NCBI GenBank assembly: GCA_013265495.1
Contig: MU057711.1
Location: 1,984,001 to 2,048,000, forward strand
Length of the DNA: 64,000 nucleotides
DNA from: Vicugna vicugna
Lineage: Eukaryota
Reading direction: 5' to 3'
This document shows, one piece after another, positions 36,750 through 46,666 of this stretch. Made by a program: the position numbers and the translations under genes. Position 1 is the stretch's first letter; every line of letters begins with the position of its first letter. The notes under the pieces are model-generated. The model was not told where the DNA came from. It worked only from the letters and a program-made list of their open reading frames with translations, and searched no databases.

Positions 36750-36872
36750 TGAAAGTTGACAGTGATGATGGTTGCACAACAATGTGAACGTACTTAATGC
36801 CACTGGACAGGACACTTACAAACAGCTAAGATGGTAAATTTTACGTATGTCTGTCTTACCTCAATTTTATTA
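36750..36872 (+). mobile_element. L1MB-like 3' tail fragment
   Basis: gtgatgatggttgcacaacaatgtgaacgtacttaatgccactg...gatggtaaatttta. Confidence 0.75.
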
Positions 36873-39800
36873 AAGGGAGAGAAATGAAGAGTTCTGAGCC
36901 CCTCCTCAGACCAGCAGGGCGAGCAGCTCTAGGATCTGGGCCCCGAAGCTGCACCTTCAACCAACATTACTCCAGATAAAGGTGATGAGCCCACAGCCCA
37001 TCATCCTCTAACCTGCAGGAATCCACTGTCTCCCCAAACTAAGGCTCTCCTTCCCGGTAATGCCTTGAATTATCTCAATAAATACCTCTTGGGTGAATGA
37101 GTATTCAAAACAATGAATTCTCCAAGTTTCAAAGCCCCAGGAAATATTTCTGTTTACATACTCTCCCTCAGAAAGGAACACTCCCGCCACCAGATCTGGT
37201 GCAGCTAATGCTGGCTCTCCCGTGCTCATCTCATCCCCCGACCCCGGCCTCAGGTGACGTCAGCCCCAACACCCCCATTAGCTGCGAGAGGGAAATTGCT
37301 GTTAAATTAGTGAGCCCATCTACAGAGCCCCATTTTATATCCCAATTCAGAAGATGACATGAACATCTGCTTTCACTTCAAGACATTAATTTTCAATTAT
37401 TGGAGAAAAACAAAATTAGTCCTGACAAATTGCTGGCGAACACAAGCTCTTGTCTGGCGGCTCATAATAATAACTTTGGGGGCCCACAATTAGTGTCCTC
37501 GGCCAGAGATTCCTGATGGGTCCCTGTCATCTGGAGTCGGTGGCAGCCGTCTCCTTGCCCCAGTTCTGTCCTCTTTGGAAGCCAGGTTCAGTGAACTAAG
37601 GAATTTCGGGTTTTCTCTTTCTGGAGAAGGCAGGGATTGGGGTGGGAGAAGTGTATATGAAAACATCCACTTTGATCGTTTTCAGTTTTGGACATTTCAA
37701 GCTTGCCTCCCTTTCAGCAGCAGGATGTCACACACATAGATGAGAATAAAAATCACTCCTGAGTTCAAGGACACCCAGGAAAGGCGCCTTGGAGAGCCAC
37801 AGGAGAAGGATAGGTTACAAGATTCTCTTACGAGACCCTTCTACCCCTGCCGTGATGGCATCCAGGATTCTAAATCCAAACTCACCAGCCCCGGCCTCTG
37901 AGATCGAACTGCTTGCTTATAAATCTTCTGCGGCAAAGAACTATTTGCTGGGGATCCCATCAACCCAGGAACCTGGTTCAGCCTGGGTCAGTGTCTACAG
38001 GAGAAAAAGAAAGAAAACCCGGAATTTGCCAACCTTAAGGAGCCCAAATCCAGAGCAACCCACTTGATAACAGATTATCAACACCATAATCTCACTTGAT
38101 GGGTTTTCTTATGTATCTTGGCTGCTGTAGTCACTACGTCAATAAGAAGCCACTGAAATGTGAATGAGCAGAAGAATTCAGAGATAATGATGTGGCAATC
38201 TTTGAATTTGACTTGTCACAATGGAAACCAGAGTGTGTTTGCCTAGCTAACACGTTCCGACTCTTAGCGGGGCAGGGAGGGTGGTCACCGGAGGGAAGCA
38301 GGTCAAAAAAGAAAGAGAAAGAAAATAAAACAACAACAACAGTAGCAAAGGAAAATCGTATCTTGAAGAAGAGAATGAAAAGACATAGCTCCTTCCAAAG
38401 TCAACTCGGTAACTGAGCTCCGACATTGTGTAATTGACTTTGCAAGTAGAACAACAGCAACGTAACAAAGAAAATGTCAGTGTTTTCACAGCACTAATCT
38501 ATAACGCTGGGAGGCCCTCCCGCTGTCAGCCAGGGCTGACAATACAATAGCTTTCAAAGGGATATTACCATCATGCTTTTATTCCTGACATCAATCAAGA
38601 CAAAGAGAATCCTTTTCACAAGACATTAAAAATCAAACCTTTGTACAAGAAGATAGGGCAAACAGCACTCTCCTTAAAGACAGCCACACGGAGCAATCAG
38701 CTAATTGGCGCTCCTTTAAAAAGGTAAAGTATTTTTATTTACTGGGTGTACAACCCCAATCGTTGGCTGCCACCGATCCTAGCAGGTAAGCAATGAATCA
38801 AAAGTTTCCATCAGTATCTCCCCCACTCCACTCCACCCTACATCTCCCACAGTCAGGGGGGAGCTGACAGAGCCAAAAACTTCAGTTGGGATATAACCAA
38901 TCCAGGCTTAATTAGCCCATGTTGGGTGCAAACTACTCTGATTACCAACTAACATGCTTATAAACAAAATGCCCTTGCAAGCTGACAGGAATTTGCAGAA
39001 ATTGTCAAATTCACCAAGGTGCAGCAAGGTTTTCCCCGGCTACGCACAGCAACGGGGAGCCCACTAACAGTTTTCAAGGTATTCTGTTGTAATTACCCTG
39101 GACCTGCAGATAAGATAAGGAACCCTGATATCTACTGCAAACATTTTCAAGACATGAAGAGAATATTCTTTGCAAACACTAGTGTACCATGGACAAGGTC
39201 CAGGAAAGGTAAGTCCAGCTTAACCTCAGCCAAACAAAGAGTTAACTAAACCCACCCATACACCTCGGTAAAAAAGAAAAGAAAAGAAAGAATAAGAAAA
39301 AAAGAAAGATAGGGCCTTCAGGAAAGCTAGCCCTCCTCTGCTTTTAGATGGTTTTAGATGCCTGCATGTCAGAAGTTAGTGACGCTTACAGAAACCTGCA
39401 GGTCCAGGAGTAGGGAGTTAAGAGGTGCTAACATTTGCAAGAGCTCATTATCTACCCACTCTGCAAGCCACTGAAGTCGCAGAGCCCACCAGCTGCCAAG
39501 GGGTTGAAGATACCATGTCCCCATACCTCTTTAGGACTTGACAGAACCACTGTGGTCTAGGTGACTCCAGGCCCCTAGGAGGGGGAAAGGCAACTCACTT
39601 GACTTCCAGCAGGAGGCCCCTCTGGAACTCAGAGCCAAGGTGTTTTGTGGCTTTCCCCTCTGGTACCTAACAGACCATCTGCCAAAAATATGCAAGTCAG
39701 TCCAGTCACTCAAAGAGAGAAATGTCACTCCATAGGCATCTGCAGCAGAAAAGGGTGTTCTCACTTTTCAGACATAACTGGGTACCGTTGTTTATTTTTA

Positions 39801-40185
39801 AACAGTATCTGAACAACAGCTGCTGTTCATTTTCCTGCAAAATGGGCAGAAATTTTAAAAGAAGAGGGAACTGGCCCCAACACTGCCTTGAAGAATCCAT
39901 TCTCCTACCACTATCATCTAAATCAGCCTTTTTCCAAGAGCCAGGCAGCACATCTGCACCATCAGCCTCAGTGGCAGGTTTCTTCCGTTTACACATCCAA
40001 ATGAACAGTTAAGAGAAATCAATGCATCTAATTGCCAGACTATTAAATCCTACATCAAGGGAAGAATTCCACAGCCACCAGCTTAAGAGTTGGCTACCGA
40101 TATAGCAATTATTGCAACTTTCTGTTAGAATGAACCAGACCCGCAGCCTTAGTTTCCAGCTAGGAAGGCTGTATCAGATGCTATT

Positions 40186-40238
40186 TCCCCCTCCCCTGCT
40201 TCTCCCTCCTCCTCCACCTCCTCCCCCTCCTCCTCCTC
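40186..40238. repeat. (CCT)n-like pyrimidine tract
   Basis: cctcctcctccacctcctcccctcctcctcct. Confidence 0.85.
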
Positions 40239-43200
40239 TGTTAACGCTCTGTAGCAGGCCACCACAGTGCCAAGGCTGGCTGGTTCTACCCAGTGCTTCA
40301 TGGCTGTACAGTCATCAGCATTTTGCACCTTTTGTCATTAAGGCACACTCCACGCCTTATGGTTAAATGTTTAGCAGGGTCCTCCTGCCCAAGACAGATA
40401 GCCATCTTATCTCATTGTTTATCAAGTTTTTGCAAGGAAACAGGTGGCAGATTCTAAGCCGTCATTACTAGACATAAAGGATGTTTTCTAGAGTGAGACA
40501 GGCCCTTCCAAAGCTGGGAGTTGGTGACTTCAATGGCGGGGGTGGGGGGAGAATTAAATATTAGCATTAAGTGTCAGCTGCCCCAATCCACACAGAAAGC
40601 TAAAGAATCTATAATGGATTTGTTTTGCCCTTCCTACAAGATCATGTACATTTAGCCAAACAAGTCTCGACAATTTACACTTGTATGTGGTCTCAGCTGA
40701 ATCAAGAAACCTGTAACCTCAGAATGCCTCTATTTATTACATCTCAATTATTTCCATGGAAACACAAGCAGTGGCGAACTACACTGTTCCCAAGTCCCTA
40801 GACCACCAAATTTATAAGATGGACTTTGGAGGAGGTACGGGCTGGCAAGAGAGGAAGATGGGCGTTGGGAGGGGAGCACAGAGAAGTCACTGGGTGTAGT
40901 TTTGGATCTTGGGGTTGAGGGGTGCGTGGACAGAGCCTGAGTGCTAATTAATATTAAGAACTGTAATTAACAGGCAGTTGCTAGATGGAGAAAATCAACA
41001 CTATTACCAATTATTCAAAAGTTTTAAGCTGAGGCTGGAAAAAAGATGTACTAATTTTCCATATAAATGGACAGGCTATTTCATGGATCTGAGGAGGCAG
41101 TGTGGGTAAAAGGAGACAGGTTAACAAACCACTTGATATGATCAGCCAAAATAACATCAGAGAGCTCTGATGGGAAGAGCCCCGGAGAATGAGGCCAAAA
41201 TTATCAAAGGGAACAAAATCATCTCACAACAGTCTCACCACACCACCAGGAAACAGAAAGGGAGAGAATGGTGTCGGGAGGGGGGATATCGGTGAGAAAA
41301 TGTGACTTTTGTATCATTCGTGGTTTTTTGGTGTGTGTGTGTTTTTTTAATCACAAGGCTTTTGAAAACCAAAGAGGCTCTTCTCTCCCCTGCCCTACTG
41401 CCCCAGCTCCCATGCCTGTTTGCTGGGTGTCCTCCCTGGGAGCTGAGTTTTCCAAAGAAGGACAAACATCCCGAGGGGACAAGTGACCCCACTCCAGAAG
41501 GGAGGTTGTGTCCATGAGTGGAAAGTGAGACTCCCCCTGCACCAAGGCCTGTTTGATTTTCAAAGCAGCAATCCCGTGCTTTCAAATCACACTTTCTGAG
41601 CATCTATTAGAAATTGTTATATTTCTGTCTTTCCTTCCTGCTATGGGCTTTCACATTCCGAGATCAATTACACACTCTACAGTCAAGCGACTTTCACAGC
41701 GGAATGCGCGGGCTGGGGAAGTCCACAATGCCTCCCCGTTAGCCCTGATGCACAGCGGTGGAGGCAAAATAAAATAAAATAAATTTTAAAAGGCACCACT
41801 GTTCCTTAAGGAGCATCTTTAAAGGTGAAGACCTTGTCATTTTAAACACCTGGTGCTGAGCTGTCCACACTTGAGCACACACTTTTGAATATTGCTTGAG
41901 AAAGGGGGGTTGGGGAGGGTGGAGGCAATTCTTGAAAAGCAATAAATCCATCACCCTCTGTAACTCTTATCTATTCAAATGATCTTCTCCCTTAATTCCT
42001 CGTTTGATAAGTGGCCACATCTCCACCCTGTTCACCCCAGTAAATAGCAAAATGGTGAGAGACAAGAGTTGTAGCTGCTTTTGGAAAATGCAAAGAACTG
42101 CAGGAAGAAACAGAGGATCTCAGACTCTAAAGGCAAAAAGGCGCTGAGTGGTTGATATTTACAACACTTCTCAAAATGCCTTCACTGGTCTTATTTCTAC
42201 TCTCCCGTCTTTCCCCCATCGATTAGCTTGAATTGTCTGCTATACATACACACATACACATTTAGAGAGAGACATTCATTAAAATTCACGTCCAGGCTCA
42301 TTTCATGAAACGCTGAAGACCAATTCTTGAGTCTTTCTCAGAGATACACAGAGTGGTTGTAGAATTAGGTTCCAGCGACTCTGAAACACCCACCCATCTA
42401 TTCCCGGCAAAGTGTTCTACCTTTGCTTTCTGTGTCTCGCCTTCTAAATGAAGGAAGTATGGAGGCATGGATTCAGGTTAGAGGTAGGTAAGTTCTGTAT
42501 CTTCCTCTATGAAAAATCTTTTCTGCATAGATTTAACTCAAAATCAACTGCCCAACTTAGATAAAACTGCTTTTCCAACCAAAGACTTCAATTGTACATT
42601 TTCTTCTGGGCCACCTTAAGTGGCTCTTGAAGGAGTGATCAGTGAGCCAGGGAAAGAGAAAAGAAATCAAATGTTACTTCAAGCCAAGAACCCTTCTATT
42701 CAGCAAAAGGACAAACATCTATCGTTTTCCTGCCCCCTTCTTGAGATCTCTCTTCTGGTTTCCTTGTCCCTCAACCAGAATACCCTCTAGACCTGCTGAT
42801 TCTGTGGATCCCGCCAAACTATCCCGTATTGGGATGCGTGCCAGGGTGAGGGAAACAAGACCAACTTCTCTCTAGGAAAAAGAGGAAAGGGAGCATCCAG
42901 GAGGCTGGGTCTGGACTGAGTTGGTCGGTTTCTAAGATGACAGGAAGAATCTCTTATGAGCCGGGTGCCCAGCGATCTCCTGGGACTTTGGAAGGAGAGC
43001 AATGGGGGGTGTCTCACGACCCTACTTGCCACATTCAGTCCTAGCCTTTCCAGCCAGAAGCAAGGCTGGCAGGAAGGGAGCAGGGGGCCCTGCGCCTTCC
43101 CGCGCAGGCCTGCAGGAAATGAACTTTTCAGAGCAGAACTGGGCTCGGGCCAGAGGTCATCAAGAGAATTGGGAGAGGACAAGGGCCCCGGGACTTCTGG

Positions 43201-44156
43201 CTCCAGAGATGTATCTTCTCTCATCCTGTCCTTCTTCTATCATCTCCCAGCGCGGGCAGGAGGCCGGGCACCCACCCTCAAGGGGCTGGAATCAGGACAA
43301 AGCAGCAAGGCCTGGACAGTCCAGCGGGTGGGGAAAGAAAGGCAGGGAGTTGCTCAGTTGCCCTCACACGGCTTCTCCCCCGGGCCTCTGCTTGCCAGGG
43401 GCTCTCGGTAGAAATAGAAATTGAGGCAGACACGAAGAGGGGTGTATGTATGTGTGTATGTGTGTGTGTGTCCGTCCTCATAAACTTGTGCAATCCGGGG
43501 ACCCGATACAGGAAGCCAAACGGAGTGTCGAGGATGTGGGTGCCCGGGGTCGGGTCCCGGGCGCCCTCGGCCGAGGGGCACGCACGGCGGCCGCTGCGCT
43601 CCCCTGGGGACCCGCGTCCCGCCAGCGCTGCGCAGACAATGAACTCCTGGCAGTGGCTCCCGGCCCGGTTGGCCTCGGTGGAGGAGGCAGGAAGTGCGGG
43701 GGCCCGTGCCGGGAGAGCGGCCTGGGCAGGGGGCGGGGAGGGGGCGCCCGGAGGCCAGGGCAGGGGCCCGGGGCGCGCTCAAGCAGCGCCCGCCGCCCTC
43801 GGAGTCCCGGGCCGACAAGGCGTGGACAGAGGAAAGGCGGCAAGGCCCGGGGCCCAGCGAGAGCTGCCCCCGAGCTGCGGGCCTCTTGGGCGCCCGTTCT
43901 CACCGCCTCTTCCTTCCTCCTGCCGCCCGCCCGCCGCCGCCGAGATTCGCAATCCCCGCCAAGTCGGGCCCGCACCCCTTGATTGGCCACGCGAGCCCGG
44001 GGGCCCTCACGGAGGGAGCAGCAAGGGCCCCTCAGCGGCGCCCCCAGGCCCGGGTCCCCCGCGGGCAGCGGCGCTGGGCCCGGAGAGGGTCCGGTCGGGT
44101 AGGGTGTCCGCGCTGTGCCCCCTCCACCGCCTCCGCCTCCGCCCCGCTCTCGCGGC

Positions 44157-44254
44157 TTCCTCCTCCCCCTCCTCTTCCTCCTCCTCCGCCTCCGCCTCCT
44201 CCGCCGCCGCCGCCTCCTCCTCCTCCTCCTCCTCTCCGCTCGCTCGCTCGCTCG
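44157..44254. repeat. Compound (CCT)n/(CCG)n/(CGCT)n repeat at the start of intron 1
   Basis: Seen directly; reads (GAGC)n then GGA/GGC runs on the transcribed minus strand. Confidence 0.9.
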
Positions 44255-44346
44255 GGTCCCCGGCCGCCCGCCCGCTCGCCGGTCCCTCCTCCCTCGCTCC
44301 CTCCCTCTTCGCTCGCTCGCGCCTCCGCCGGGCCTCGCTCGCTCAC

Positions 44347-44386
44347 CTTTCACCGAGCGCGGCTTCGCCTGCTTCCGCCTGGACAT
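44347..44386 (-). CDS. ZNF423: ZNF423 first coding exon (CDS portion), MSRRKQAKPRSVK plus 1 nt; N-terminal NuRD/RBBP4-binding motif
   Basis: Minus strand reads ATG TCC AGG CGG AAG CAG GCG AAG CCG CGC TCG GTG AAA G|gtgagc, a good phase-1 donor. The peptide matches the ZNF423 long-isoform N-terminus as I recall it (paralog ZNF521 has ...PRSLK). It sits in the large CpG island. Confidence 0.93.
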
Positions 44387-45677
44387 GTCCGGGGCTCCCG
44401 GCGCTCCGTCGCCCTCCGCGGCCGGCTCCCCCCGCCGCCCCCCGCCGCTCCGAGCTGCCCTTCTCCCCCTTCTCCTCCGCCTGCCTCTCGGAAACTTTTT
44501 TTTTTGCAGCCGGGTCGGCAGCTGTGGGGAGCGGATCGCAGGTCCGGGGCGGCCTCCCTTGGGGGGGCGGCCCGGGCCGGCCGAGGACGCTCCGGGGCGG
44601 GGGGAGGCCCGGGGGGCGCGCCGGGGCCCTGCCTGTTGCAATGCGGCAGCCGGGGGCTCTCGGTCCCAGCGGCGGTCCCAGCGGCGCGGGGAGTCCGGAG
44701 GCCACTCGGCCGAGCCGAGTTATGCAAAAAAAGATTTTTGTGCAAAGTTTGCAGGCGTCCGGCCACGCAGCCCGGTGCGGAGCTCACAATGAACCCATCT
44801 GAGGAGGGGGGACGGGGCTGGAGTCGAGGGGGTCTCGGGGGGGGAGGAGACCGGGAGGCGGTCTGGAGCGCGGAAGCTCAGTACCCCCCGGGGAAAAAAA
44901 GCGTTCAAATTATCCCCTGCCGCACAAAAAATAATAATAAATATTAATGGTTAAAAAATGCCCAAACCCCTGATTTTGAGATTATGATGGATGGGGTGGG
45001 GGATCCCTCAACTCAGCCTACTTGGGGGGCTCGAAACGGCCGCAGCCTCCTGGAAGCCGCAGCTCGGGGGCCCTGGCTCACGCCCCCTTCTCTGGCTCTC
45101 GGCTCGGTCCGGCGCCGGCCCCCCGAAGGAGGAAGGGGCGTGCGGGGGCGCTCAGGCGGCGGCGGGCAGGCGCGCCCGTGCCCCGGGCATCGCTCAGCCC
45201 GTGCGCCGGGCCGCCGCTGCCTGCCCTCGGGCTGCGGTGCTCAGCGCGCGGTGCGCAGCCGATCCCCAGGCCGGTGCCAATTCGCCGGCCCCGCTAGCTG
45301 CCTCCATGGGCCAGGGGCTCGGAGAAGGGGGAGGTGGCGGCCGCGGCGGCGGAGGAGGAGGACGAGCAGGCGGCGGCCGGGCTCCCGTCCTCCCGGGCGG
45401 CGGCGGCTGCGCCCCGGCTCCTCCGCGCTCCAGCCGGCGCCGGCCCGCCCGCCAGCCTCCCTTGCGCTCCTGTCTTCTTTGTGGTCGCTGGCTCTCCTCC
45501 TCCCGATCCGGCTGCTGGGGCTGCACTGCAGAGACACATAATAAAGCCAGGCTTGGCTGGAAATGTAGCCGGGTCCCAGCAGGAGGATGTGAGGAGCGGA
45601 GTCCCGGCGGGGGAGCGCTCTGATCCCGTGGGGCGCCCCGCACTGCTCCGGCTCGGATCAGACGGAGAGAGGGCCAA

Positions 45678-45700
45678 CAGCACCGAGCGATGGACAGCGC
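45678..45700 (+). promoter_or_regulatory. Non-canonical (split) RE1/NRSE motif
   Basis: CAGCACC-gagcgat-GGACAGCGC: both REST half-sites with a 7-nt instead of 2-nt spacer. Confidence 0.45.
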
Positions 45701-45883
45701 TGGAAATACAGCTCCGGCCGCCCGCAAAACCCGGACCGCGGTGGCGGCGGCGGCGGCAGCGGCAGGCAGGGTGCGGGCGCGGGCACCGCACCGGCACGCG
45801 GGGCCCCGATTCCCGCGCCGGCGTCACCGGGAGCGGGAGAACAGACACGGGGCCTACGCGTACTGTCAGGTTCGCCAAGATAC

Positions 45884-45898
45884 ATTTGCATCACAAAC
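45884..45898 (-). promoter_or_regulatory. Sox-Oct composite-like motif
   Basis: Minus strand gTTTGTgATGCAAAT: perfect octamer with an adjacent Sox-like TTTGT at canonical spacing. Confidence 0.4.
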
Positions 45899-46263
45899 TG
45901 CAAAAAGTGAGGGAATTGGGGGGGGGGTGCAAACTGGGATGAATTGCCCTGGCACTGCCACCTCCGCAAATTATGCTTCACGCACTTGAATAATCCCTGA
46001 ACCTTGCTTTTCCCTCTTGGATTTTGCCCACCCATCGGTGTTTGAAGACCATTCCTGCCCCACATCCACAAACTTTTCCACCACTGGGCTTTATCTGTTC
46101 ACCCCCAACACCTGAATTTGTAGGGTTCCCGCGTCTAGTTGCGCACTTCTTAGTTAAGACGGTAAAAGGAACACTTTAACCCCAAAACATTGCAGTAGCA
46201 CCGCCTCCCCCCACGATTGATAAAGGAAATACACCAGTTCCTACTTGACACAAAGTTTTGCCC

Positions 46264-46282
46264 CAGCCACCAGGGGGCGTCT
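46264..46282 (+). promoter_or_regulatory. CTCF core motif
   Basis: cagCCACCAGGGGGCGTct closely matches the CCACCAGGGGGCGC consensus. Confidence 0.6.
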
Positions 46283-46651
46283 CAGGTCCCTGCATCTCTT
46301 GCACTAGTTGCGGTTTGGGTCTCGAAGCCGACTCGGAAAGGGCTCAGACTTAGGAGAAGGCTTTCCCAGGCGGCTCCCCTAAACCGTTGCTTTGAAGCCT
46401 CTCCTTCCCCCACCAGCTGCAGAAGGCCAGGTTCAGGGTGAATAAAAGGACCCGACATCGTCCCCCTCCGCCCTCCGCCCTCGCCCCCGCCCATCCCCGG
46501 GCGAGTGGCGCCACCTTGGGCCGGCTAACCCCAGAGCTCGGAGAGCGAAGCGGGTGCGCGGCGCGGCGCGGCGCGGCGCTGGGGGTTATCATCCTCGCGG
46601 ATCGATAAGTTGCCACTTGGAGAGGGGAGGGCTGTGTCCCCTCGGAGACGA

Positions 46652-46666
46652 GTTACCCGGGGCAAC
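46652..46666. promoter_or_regulatory. RFX X-box motif
   Basis: GTTACC-CGG-GGCAAC fits GTNRCC(N0-3)RGYAAC exactly. Confidence 0.5.

Larger units (their letters stand above)
1..44346 (-). other. ZNF423: ZNF423 intron 1 (partial; continues beyond the window start)
   Basis: Starts at the GT donor at 44346. No exon encoding the expected next peptide (VEEGEASDF...) was seen in the sequence or the ORF track. Confidence 0.8.
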
